DNA of 64,000 nucleotides, taken from an uncultured Elusimicrobia bacterium (GTDB lineage: Bacteria > Elusimicrobiota > Elusimicrobia > UBA1565 > UBA9628). Made by a program: the position numbers and the translations under genes. Shown here piece after piece: positions 56,260-64,000 of this stretch (its first letter is position 1; each line of letters starts with the position of its first letter). The stretch spans positions 75,487-139,486 of the forward strand of contig CAIKVT010000058.1 of the NCBI GenBank assembly GCA_903830945.1, in the 5' to 3' direction. The notes under the pieces were generated by a model that was given only the letters and a program-made list of their open reading frames with translations, was not told where the DNA came from and made no database searches.

Positions 56260-57207
56260 TTAGAATGCCGCGCCGAAGGTGACGTGGTGCGTGTTGGTCA
56301 CGTCGGCGCGGCCGATGCCGAGGGCGTAATCCAGCCTCCAGCGGCCTTCCCGGAAGCCCACGCCGAAGGTGAAGTTGCTGATGTCCCGAGAAAAAAGGTA
56401 GCCGAAGCGCAGCGCGCCGTAGCCGTCTTCACCGAGCCCCATCCCCATCTCCAGGCCCGTGGTCGGCAGCAGGTCCTTCTGGTCGCGTAGTTTGATCGCA
56501 TCGGCCGTTACGAGGAAGCGGGATATCCCGAATCCTCCTTCTTGGATCCAGTGGTATTTGGCTAGGCTGAAGTCGTAGGCTGCGCCGAGGCGCGTGGTCA
56601 TCGGTAAGGGGTCTCCGGCCTGCTCGAACTTGACGTCCGGACCGAGGTTCTGCAATGAGGCTCCGATGTTGAGTCCTTTCCAGGGCGTATGCCATAGGGC
56701 TCCCAGGTCGCCCGCGAAACCGGAGGCCCTGGCTTCTTGGGCGAGTTCAAAGCGGTAGAATTTGGCCGTGCCGCCGGCGCAGAGGCCCCAGCCCAGTGGG
56801 ATTCCTGCGCTCAGGAGCCCGACCATGTCCTGTTGGGCCGTGCGCGTCTCGCTGGTTCCGTCTGAGAGATTGATATTGACGGCTCCCGCGTTGTAGTAGA
56901 CCAGGCCACCGGTAATGGTCCCGAAAGGGAGCGGATGCGCATAGCCGAGGAAGCCGAAGTCGTCGCCGGCGATGCCGTGGATATAGCTGGTCTCCAACTC
57001 CGCTCGATCGAGGCGGGCGGTTCCTGCGGGGTTGTATCCGAGCGAGTCCAGCCCTCCATCTACGGCGGAGAAGGCCTCACCCATGCCCACGGGGCGCGCT
57101 GTCAGCGGCTGCTGGAGCGTGGAAGCGGCGGTCAGCCCCGGCTCCGCCTGGAGGCGGGGCGCGGTCAGAATCAAGGCCGTGATTGCGAAGGCCGACTGCA
57201 AGGTCAC
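56260..57207 (-). CDS. PorV/PorQ-family outer-membrane beta-barrel
   Basis: ARPVGMGEAFSA, YNPAG, GASLQNLG, DPLPMTTRLG, RLDYA; terminal Phe. Confidence 0.85.
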   Translation of the reverse strand: MTLQSAFAITALILTAPRLQAEPGLTAASTLQQPLTARPVGMGEAFSAVDGGLDSLGYNPAGTARLDRAELETSYIHGIAGDDFGFLGYAHPLPFGTITGGLVYYNAGAVNINLSDGTSETRTAQQDMVGLLSAGIPLGWGLCAGGTAKFYRFELAQEARASGFAGDLGALWHTPWKGLNIGASLQNLGPDVKFEQAGDPLPMTTRLGAAYDFSLAKYHWIQEGGFGISRFLVTADAIKLRDQKDLLPTTGLEMGMGLGEDGYGALRFGYLFSRDISNFTFGVGFREGRWRLDYALGIGRADVTNTHHVTFGAAF

Positions 57208-58718
57208 TTGATCACCACGATCTTGTCGCTGGTTGAGATCTTCTGCCCAACCGTGCGCAGGAGGTAAACGCCGCTGGCGACCGTGTGGCCCAGGCCTGTT
57301 CTTCCGTCCCAGAAGAGGGTGGTGGTGCCTTCGGGCGCGTAGTCGTCATAGAGCGTCTTGACCAATCCGCCGTTTAGGGTGTAGAGCTTCACGGCCAAGT
57401 GGCCGGCGTTGAAGGTCATGGCATCGATCTTGGTCTGCGTGCCGTTGCGCGGGCGTATCAGGTTGTCCGTGAGGCGAACCGTGCCGGGGGAGAAGTCGAC
57501 CTTGAGAGCATTGGCCAAAGTGCCGCTGTAGCCGTTGTCGTTGACGACGGTGAGATTCCATAGGCCCAGGGGTTGTCCGGTCATGGTGAAGCTGGCCGAT
57601 AGGGTTTGGTCGTCGGTGCGGGTCACTACTCCCGTGGGCGCGATACTGGTCCCGCCCTGGCTGAGCAGGAGCGTGGGCACGCCGCTTGAGAAGTTGTCTC
57701 CGGTTATGGTGAACGGGGTGGCGCCGGCTGTGCGCAGTACGGTGCGCGGGCTCATGGCCTCGGGATTCGGAGCATAAGCGGAGGCTGAGAAGACGTCGGC
57801 CGTGCTGACGCCGGCTGCGAAGGGGGTGTAGTTGTAGTAGAGTTTCCAGCGCCAAGTGTCCGTGGAACGCAGGACGAATGGGGAACTGAGGAAGCCGGAG
57901 GCTGAAGTCGTTGCCAGGCGCATGCCGGTTTCGGAGAGGAATACGGCCCCGTCAACGTCTCCCGGGGAGCTGAGCGCGCTCAAGAGGGTGGAGTTGGTGG
58001 TCTCATTCGTTAAGGGCGCCGTGTAGAAAATGCGGATGCGGTTGTCCGTGCGCTTGATTGCCGCCACTTCTCCAACCTGGCCGTTCAGGTTTGCCAGTTG
58101 GCTGCCGGCGGCGAAGTCGCGTCCCTGGTTGTTGGATAGGGCGGAGAAGATGCGGTAGTTGGACGGGGTGTTGGCTCCCGAGTTCTGGACGTAGTAGAGG
58201 CGCCATTGGCCGGTGCCCAGCTTTATTAGGGAGGGGGAGCCTAGGAAGTCGCTCCCGCCGCTGATTCGCGTGCCGGTGTCATTGGCCCAAGCCAGGCCGT
58301 CCGCCGAGGTCGCGCTGAACACGCTGTAAAAATTTCCGGTAGGGCTGGTCGATACGGCTGTGTAGACCATGCGGTAGCCTCCGCCGGGGACAGGGTTGAG
58401 GGGCAGGACGGAGAGTGCGGTGATGGAGGTGATGTCCACGCGTGGTGCGGTGACCGAGGAGAGCCGGACGCCGGGGTCATCAACGAAGCTCTGCCCTTCG
58501 TCATTGGTGAAGGCCGAATGGACCGAGGTGCTGCCGCGGATGTAGTAGAAGCGGGTGATACCGTCGGCGATCTGCAGCGGATTATTGTGGTCCGGGGGGA
58601 TATTGACTGCGCCCAGCAGAACGGCGGAGGAAAGCCGTATGCCTGCCTCTTTGATGAGCACGGGGGCTGCCTGCGCCGGAGCCCCCAACGCCAGAAACAG
58701 CAGGACGCTCTTGAGCAT
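57204..58718 (-). CDS. Secreted beta-propeller/IPT protein with FlgD-Ig/T9SS-type C-terminal sorting domain
   Basis: Signal peptide, ATSADGLAW Asp-box-like motif, C-terminal KLYTLNGGLVKTL..WDGRT..VASGVYL..KIVVIK. Confidence 0.8.
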   Translation of the reverse strand: MLKSVLLFLALGAPAQAAPVLIKEAGIRLSSAVLLGAVNIPPDHNNPLQIADGITRFYYIRGSTSVHSAFTNDEGQSFVDDPGVRLSSVTAPRVDITSITALSVLPLNPVPGGGYRMVYTAVSTSPTGNFYSVFSATSADGLAWANDTGTRISGGSDFLGSPSLIKLGTGQWRLYYVQNSGANTPSNYRIFSALSNNQGRDFAAGSQLANLNGQVGEVAAIKRTDNRIRIFYTAPLTNETTNSTLLSALSSPGDVDGAVFLSETGMRLATTSASGFLSSPFVLRSTDTWRWKLYYNYTPFAAGVSTADVFSASAYAPNPEAMSPRTVLRTAGATPFTITGDNFSSGVPTLLLSQGGTSIAPTGVVTRTDDQTLSASFTMTGQPLGLWNLTVVNDNGYSGTLANALKVDFSPGTVRLTDNLIRPRNGTQTKIDAMTFNAGHLAVKLYTLNGGLVKTLYDDYAPEGTTTLFWDGRTGLGHTVASGVYLLRTVGQKISTSDKIVVIK

Positions 58719-59068
58719 TACTTTGCTATTTTCGCTCTTTTCGCCGGTGAAATCAATCGCGGCCGCCGGCCCTTACCGACGAGAATTTCTTTTTTTGGCT
58801 TGGGCAGGGATTTGATGCCTGCCTCCCGGATGAGGGCTTCGGAGCGGGTGAGCCCGTCTTCCCGGTAGAGCAGGCGGACCGGCCGCCGCGTGCGGGTGTA
58901 TGCCGCCCCGCGTCCGGAGTTGTGCTTAGCGACGCGTTCCTCGACTTCTTTGGCCACGCCCGTATAGAGCGAGCCGTCGCCGCAGCGCACCATGTACACG
59001 GACCAGTTGCGGTCCGCATCCGGAGTTTCCCGGAGGCCGCGGATCATCTGAAGATACTTTCGTTTCAT
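58718..59068 (-). CDS. GIY-YIG nuclease family protein (UPF0213/YhbQ-like)
   Basis: VYMVRCGDGSLYTG, RVAKHNSGRGAAYTRTRRPV, ALIREAGIK. Confidence 0.9.
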   Translation of the reverse strand: MKRKYLQMIRGLRETPDADRNWSVYMVRCGDGSLYTGVAKEVEERVAKHNSGRGAAYTRTRRPVRLLYREDGLTRSEALIREAGIKSLPKPKKEILVGKGRRPRLISPAKRAKIAK

Positions 59069-59201
59069 CCCCTCTCATCCTAGCGGTATGGGAGGGGTTT
59101 GGCAAGGATGGGCCGGTGGCCTCAGTGAGGGTTTCGCGGAGGAGGTCACGGTCCTTCAGGCCGCCTCGTGCTGAGCGCCGCTGTTGTGCCGGGAATGTCT
59201 C

Positions 59202-60851
59202 CTAGCCCTGAGGCCCCGTGGCCGATACTCTCAAGCGACCTGCCAGCGTGTTTTTGCAGGCGAGCAGAAGAGCGGCCAAGAAAGCCGCCAAGCCCAGGTA
59301 GTAGCCGATATCGCCCAGGCGGACATAAGGGGTCGGCTCGTTGCGCATGACAGCTTCAACCGCCAGGCTGGTTTTCTGATTCATTGGCGCCCGGGCGAGG
59401 ACCCGGCCGGCCGGATCGATGACGGCGCTGATTCCGCCGTTGATGGCCCGGATGAGGAATCTGCGGGTCTCTATTGCCCGCGGGATGGTCAGACGCAGGA
59501 ACAATTCCCGGGCCCGAAAATCATCGAACCACACATCGCTGCTCAGTTGGATGAGTATCCCAGCGCCTTTGTCCGCCAATGAACGGGTGGAATCGGCGAA
59601 AAGGGCGTCGTAGCATATGGTGGTTCCCAGCTTCCCCATACCCGGGAGCGTCAAGGGCTCTAGGAGTTCTCCCGGGGTCAGGCGCCGGACCATGGACGCG
59701 CGTCGCTGGTAGATCACTTCGGGCACAAGGGATCCCACGACGGGGATGGTGTCCGCGAAGGGGTCCATATGTTTTTTCTCGGCCACTCCGAGGACCGTTT
59801 TTTCAGCGTCGATCAGATAAGCGCTGATGAAGCGTCTGATTTTTCCTCCGGCCGCGCTTTGCCCGCGACCGCTGACGATCATGGGGATGGGAAACGGCAG
59901 GTCCTGTCCGAGGACGACCTGCGCTTTTTGGCCGTCGATGCGGAAGTCGCGAGCCGCGCTCCCGCTGTTCTCGTATTTTAGGATCCGTTCGTAGGAGGGC
60001 CAGATGATCAGGGCCGGAGACTGAGTCGCGAGGAACTCCGTTGTCAGTCTCCGATTGTCGTCGAGATTGAGCGCGAACCATTCGGGCCGCAGTTCGCGGG
60101 ACACCGGGATGGCGTTTTGGATGACGACAAGCCTGACCGTTTGTCCGGCCCGGGCTTCCCGGGCCAGGATTTCCGATAACTGGGCCAGGCGCGCCCGCCC
60201 CCACCAGTCATTGGCGGCGACGATCGCGGCCAAGCCCGCGAGGAACGCCCAGCGCCGCTTTCTGCCCGGCGACCGCAGGGCCAGATAAAGGGCTGTGTTG
60301 AAAGCCATGATAAGCCAGGCCGGCCCGGCTGAGCCGAAGAACTCCATCATCTGCAAGGCCGGCAGATGGGACGTCTGTGAGTCGGCGAGATGGACCGGAT
60401 AGGCTTGCGGGAAGAAGCCGTCGAGTGCGACCATCCACGAGACTGAGACCCAAGCCAGGGCCAAGCCCGGCCGGTCGCCCAAAGCTTGCGCGAGTCTCGG
60501 CGTCAGCAGGCGCACTCCCCCGGCCCATAGTGCGAAGAAAAAGCCTTGGTAGGCGCAGACGAAGAGAAAAGGCGCGTAGGCAGCCAGCGTCGGGACGCAC
60601 AGGAATCGCGCCATGATGGGCGGAAACCAGCAGACGACTAAGGCCCAAGCGAGGCCGCCGAAGAACCATCCGGAGAGCAACGCTTTGGAAGGACCTGCGG
60701 TCTCAATCACCCAGAGCAAAAGCGCGAAGGTCAACCAAGCCGGCCAGGAGGGGCCTCCGACCGCATGGCATGCGGCGAATGCCGCGGCGCAGGTGGCGGT
60801 CACGGCTAGCCGCAACAGGAGAGCCGTTTTATTGTCGCAGGGTCGGATCAT
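59202..60851 (-). CDS. lnt: Apolipoprotein N-acyltransferase-like protein with atypical catalytic motifs
   Basis: TM N-terminus, VVIQNAI, IIWPS, KKHMDPF, TICYD, SSDVWF, RAIETRRFLIRAINGGISAVIDP, TPYVRLGD. Confidence 0.75.
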   Translation of the reverse strand: MIRPCDNKTALLLRLAVTATCAAAFAACHAVGGPSWPAWLTFALLLWVIETAGPSKALLSGWFFGGLAWALVVCWFPPIMARFLCVPTLAAYAPFLFVCAYQGFFFALWAGGVRLLTPRLAQALGDRPGLALAWVSVSWMVALDGFFPQAYPVHLADSQTSHLPALQMMEFFGSAGPAWLIMAFNTALYLALRSPGRKRRWAFLAGLAAIVAANDWWGRARLAQLSEILAREARAGQTVRLVVIQNAIPVSRELRPEWFALNLDDNRRLTTEFLATQSPALIIWPSYERILKYENSGSAARDFRIDGQKAQVVLGQDLPFPIPMIVSGRGQSAAGGKIRRFISAYLIDAEKTVLGVAEKKHMDPFADTIPVVGSLVPEVIYQRRASMVRRLTPGELLEPLTLPGMGKLGTTICYDALFADSTRSLADKGAGILIQLSSDVWFDDFRARELFLRLTIPRAIETRRFLIRAINGGISAVIDPAGRVLARAPMNQKTSLAVEAVMRNEPTPYVRLGDIGYYLGLAAFLAALLLACKNTLAGRLRVSATGPQG

Positions 60852-60961
60852 GCCGTCACCAGAAAGGCGGTTGGTCTTATTGCGAAATAGCAGAGAAATC
60901 CCCGCTCCGCGAAGTTCATGGCAACTCATTAGAGAATACGTTTTATATAAACACTTTTCCA

Positions 60962-60990
60962 TTGACGGGCGGCTTTGCCGATGCTATCGT
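60962..60990 (+). promoter_or_regulatory. Sigma70-like promoter for the GT gene
   Basis: TTGACG-17 nt-TATCGT with TG extension, 10 nt before ATG 61001. Confidence 0.55.
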
Positions 60991-61000
60991 TAAGGTCGCC

Positions 61001-62158
61001 ATGGGGTGGCTCGATTTGATGCTGCTGGTGACGGGATTGGGGACGGCGCAATTCTTCTTCACCTTGCTTTTTTTTCTCAAGCTGAGACGGGAAGTATCCC
61101 TGGAAGGAGCCCCCTATACTCCGTCGGTGTCGGTCATCGTTCCGTGCCGCGAAGCCGCAGGTAGTTTCTCGGCCAGCGTTCAGGCCTTGCTGGCGCAGAA
61201 ATACGAAGGACGCAGGGAATTCATCTTTGTCGTGGCCGATGCCGCGGACCCGGCTTACCGGCGTTTGCGGGAGATCTTGCCCGAGGATCCAGGCTGGCGC
61301 GTCCAACTGGTGGTCTCCCAGATCAAGCCGATGCGGTGTGCCGCGAAACTGGCCAATCTCTTGGGGGCTCTGCCGCATGTCGCCGCGGATAGCGAGGCGC
61401 TGCTTTTTGCGGATTCAGATCTGATCGTGTCCGCGGATTGGATGCAGCGGATGATATCACCGCTGCAAGACCCCGCCGTGGGAGCGTCAAGTTCCGCCAT
61501 GATCTATCTTCCGTGCGGCGGCTTCTGGGGCTTCCTGCGTTCGGTGTGGATGGCAGCCGGAGTGGTTTATTGCAGTTTCATGGAGCGCGTCACAGGGCAC
61601 TCCTTGGCTCTGAGGCGCCGTGATTTCGAGGCTTGGGGCGTAGCCCGTGTATGGGAGGCATCGTTGCTGGAGGATATGCCTGTGACCACCTTGGTGCGCA
61701 GGCAGGGCAAGAGAGCGGCATTCGTTTCCGCGATCATGCCGTACTCCTCGGACGGCTGCGACGCGCGCAGTTTTTTCTCGGTTTTCAATCGCTGGATCGT
61801 GTGTTTCAGGGTTTATGACCCGCAGATCTGGCTGCTGGGCCTTTTCGTCACGCTGATGAAGTGTTGGATAGTGCTGCGCAGCACTTGGCTAATGACTTAT
61901 GCACCAGCGCTCTATCTTTATGGCGTGGATGCGGTGAACCTCGGTCTGATTTTCGTCATCCTGCACGCCCGTTTCCCGGAGCGATTTGCTGTCGTACCCA
62001 CGCGATTGCGCTATTTCCCGGTCTTGGCCGCGGCCTGTGCGCCGCTACTTTTGGCCGTTTACGCAGTCAACTTCTTCAATTCTATTTTTTGCAGCACCGT
62101 CGTCTGGGCAGGAAGGAGATATCGCATCCGCGGCCCGCAGGAGGTGCAGATTTGTTGA
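61001..62158 (+). CDS. Ceramide glucosyltransferase-like (GT21/HpnI-like) glycosyltransferase
   Basis: N-terminal TM, VSVIVPC, KLANL, FADSD, LEDM, FNRW, C-terminal VVWAGRRY. Confidence 0.78.
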   Translation: MGWLDLMLLVTGLGTAQFFFTLLFFLKLRREVSLEGAPYTPSVSVIVPCREAAGSFSASVQALLAQKYEGRREFIFVVADAADPAYRRLREILPEDPGWRVQLVVSQIKPMRCAAKLANLLGALPHVAADSEALLFADSDLIVSADWMQRMISPLQDPAVGASSSAMIYLPCGGFWGFLRSVWMAAGVVYCSFMERVTGHSLALRRRDFEAWGVARVWEASLLEDMPVTTLVRRQGKRAAFVSAIMPYSSDGCDARSFFSVFNRWIVCFRVYDPQIWLLGLFVTLMKCWIVLRSTWLMTYAPALYLYGVDAVNLGLIFVILHARFPERFAVVPTRLRYFPVLAAACAPLLLAVYAVNFFNSIFCSTVVWAGRRYRIRGPQEVQIC

Positions 62159-62213
62159 ACCGCTCAAGCATGGGTGCGGCTGCGCTTCTACCAGCAGCTT
62201 GGTCGAGGGTATA

Positions 62214-64000
62214 ATGCGCCCGCCGGCTGAGATGACGATCATCCAGATCGATATCACCAATGCCTGTCCGAGGCGGTGCGCCAATTGCTCGCGTTTCTGT
62301 GGGCACCATGCCAAGCCCTTTATGATGGATTTTCAGACATTCAAGAAGGCCGTCGATTCGCTCAGGGACTTTCCAGGGATCGTCGGAATTTCGGGCGGCG
62401 AGCCTACCCTGCATCCGGAATTCGAGAAATTCGTCCGCTATTATCGTTCGGTCATCGGGTTCGATGTGGACAGCTCCGAATCGTATCGACCGCAGTCTGA
62501 TTTTTTGGGTTATCTGATAGCCGATCGCATGGATATCCTGAGCCACAATCATCGAGGGATCGTGACATCCATCGGAGAAAAATACTACGAGCATTTCGAG
62601 CTCATACAGGACACTTTCGGGGTTCAGCTTGTCAATGATCATAGTCATTCGAGCCGGCATTCCACTTTGTTGATCACCCGCGCGGAACTGGGGATTCCCG
62701 ATGAAGAGTGGATAGGCCTAAGGGACGCTTGTTGGCTCCAGAAATATTGGAGCGCTTCCGTCACGCCAAAAGGGGCTTTTTTTTGTGAAGTCGCCGCGGC
62801 ATTGGACGTTTTGTTGGGCGGTCCGGGGGGATGGCCGATCGAGCCCGGTTGGTGGAAGCGCACCCCGGCGGACTTCGCAGACCAGCTCAAGTGGTGCGAG
62901 ATGTGCAGCGCCGCTTTGCCGACACCGTCACGGGATGCCAATGATGAGATCGACGAAGTCTCGCCGCTGTGGAAAAAGAAATTGGATGGAATCCGTTCGC
63001 CTAAAGCCCTGGCGGGCCTGGTAAGAGAGATGGATGTGGCCGGATATGCCAAAGGAAAGTATGAGATTGGGGACTCCCCCGAGCCATACATTAATGAAGA
63101 GGGAATGCGGATGGCAAAGGGGCAGGCCGCTTTAGTCCCGCAGGCGGTGACCGCCTTCATTCTGGCGCCCGGCGATTCGGCCGGCCCGGCGCTCCTGAAT
63201 GTGGTCGGCTTGAATGACCCCGGTATCAGGATCCATGCCGTCGTCATGGGGGCCAAGTCGGAAGGCGGAGAATCCGTGGGCGATATCCCAATATTCTCTC
63301 TTGGCGATGGGGCGCATGATATTTCCGCTCAAGTCCTGGCCGGAGCCCAGGCGCGGGACTGGGTCCTGGTTCTGCAAGGGACCGCGATCTCCGAGGATTT
63401 GGAGGCCATGTTGAGATCGCACGTCTTCAATCCCGGCTGCCTATATCATCTCAGGAATTCTCCTGGGCGAAGGCCGATCCAGGCAGCCTTTTTCAATCTA
63501 CGGGCCTGGCCGGATCGGTCCGGACTAAGCTTATTCGATGTCGCGCGGGCATACCCCGAGTCCAAGCAGATTCATGTGAAGGTGCCGGCAATCTCCGGCC
63601 CATGGGCGGCCATCGGTCTTGTGTCGAGGCATGCTCGGCATGTCGTGCAAAAGGTCCGCGGCTGTGCGCAATACCTCGAGTCCTTGTGGTCCGTCACTCT
63701 AACTCGGCCCGACGATGCGGCGCTGCTGTGGCATGTGCTGCTGGGCAAACTCAGCCGGGCGCGATTTGCGAGCTGGATGTCTCCATGGCAGTCATGCTGG
63801 CGCCTCGGCGCGGGAATCGTGCGAAGAGGATTTAAAAATGTGCCGTATCCCGTGCGCAGGGCCGTCTGGGTCGCTGCGTGGCTGGTCTTTGTGTTGTTGA
63901 TGCAGCTTTGCGTCTATTGGCATACGGCCAACGGACTGCAGATTTCCGGGCGCGTCCGGGCGATTTTGGCCACCTCCTTTATTCTTGCGGCTTTTTCGAT
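62214..64000 (+). CDS. Radical SAM protein with C-terminal membrane extension (3'-truncated; absent from the ORF track)
   Basis: Hand translation: MRPPAEMTIIQIDITNACPRRCANCSRFC (CxxxCxxC), GGEPTLHPEF, CWLQ..FFCEVA..WCEMC; no stop to window end; hydrophobic helices after ~63860. Confidence 0.88.
   Translation, partial: MRPPAEMTIIQIDITNACPRRCANCSRFCGHHAKPFMMDFQTFKKAVDSLRDFPGIVGISGGEPTLHPEFEKFVRYYRSVIGFDVDSSESYRPQSDFLGYLIADRMDILSHNHRGIVTSIGEKYYEHFELIQDTFGVQLVNDHSHSSRHSTLLITRAELGIPDEEWIGLRDACWLQKYWSASVTPKGAFFCEVAAALDVLLGGPGGWPIEPGWWKRTPADFADQLKWCEMCSAALPTPSRDANDEIDEVSPLWKKKLDGIRSPKALAGLVREMDVAGYAKGKYEIGDSPEPYINEEGMRMAKGQAALVPQAVTAFILAPGDSAGPALLNVVGLNDPGIRIHAVVMGAKSEGGESVGDIPIFSLGDGAHDISAQVLAGAQARDWVLVLQGTAISEDLEAMLRSHVFNPGCLYHLRNSPGRRPIQAAFFNLRAWPDRSGLSLFDVARAYPESKQIHVKVPAISGPWAAIGLVSRHARHVVQKVRGCAQYLESLWSVTLTRPDDAALLWHVLLGKLSRARFASWMSPWQSCWRLGAGIVRRGFKNVPYPVRRAVWVAAWLVFVLLMQLCVYWHTANGLQISGRVRAILATSFILAAFS

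Noticed and set aside
58718-59068. GIY-YIG gene as a homing endonuclease or mobile element
   Set aside because: Short stand-alone UPF0213-type protein with no intron or element context.
14894-59155. GGNC-N3-5-GNCC mini-palindromes in several intergenic regions (14894, 17538, 59110, 59143)
   Set aside because: Short, variably spaced and expected by chance in GC-rich DNA; needs an enrichment test.
1-64000. CRISPR array, rRNA, tRNA, intact transposase or integrase
   Set aside because: No regularly spaced repeats, no recognisable RNA gene motifs and no ORF with DDE, tyrosine or serine recombinase catalytic motifs seen by eye.

Overview
GC-rich bacterial chromosome segment with about 45 CDS. It is most consistent with Elusimicrobiota (inference from a PorV-like barrel plus CTD cargo, a characteristic pilin-like C-terminus and long low-complexity leaders; not verified). 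I saw no rRNA, tRNA or CRISPR array. Housekeeping genes include cysS, rlmB, a CDF transporter, thiN, class I fumarase, addA-like helicase, split MgtE/NRAMP, a foldase, tryptophanase, glcDE/F and PBP1B. Four regions stand out. (1) A ~7.5 kb integrase-less island (3.6-11.1 kb) is bounded by a 36-bp direct repeat that duplicates the 3' end of a P-loop gene. It carries an excisionase-like HTH, a HEPN/MNT pair, RDD/YIP1/Sel1 cargo and internal 38-bp hairpin repeats. (2) A ~13 kb synthase-dependent exopolysaccharide-like locus (22-35 kb). (3) Four unrelated proteins (ABC1 kinase, PLD, HD hydrolase, MFS) all have a signal-like N-terminus plus a long Pro/Ala/Ser leader, two with the same ALxLxSPGLxCYxA motif. 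(4) A putative lipid-modification cluster at the right end: atypical Lnt, a GT21-like transferase, and a radical SAM-membrane fusion missing from the ORF track. All calls are from motif reading by eye; no searches were run.
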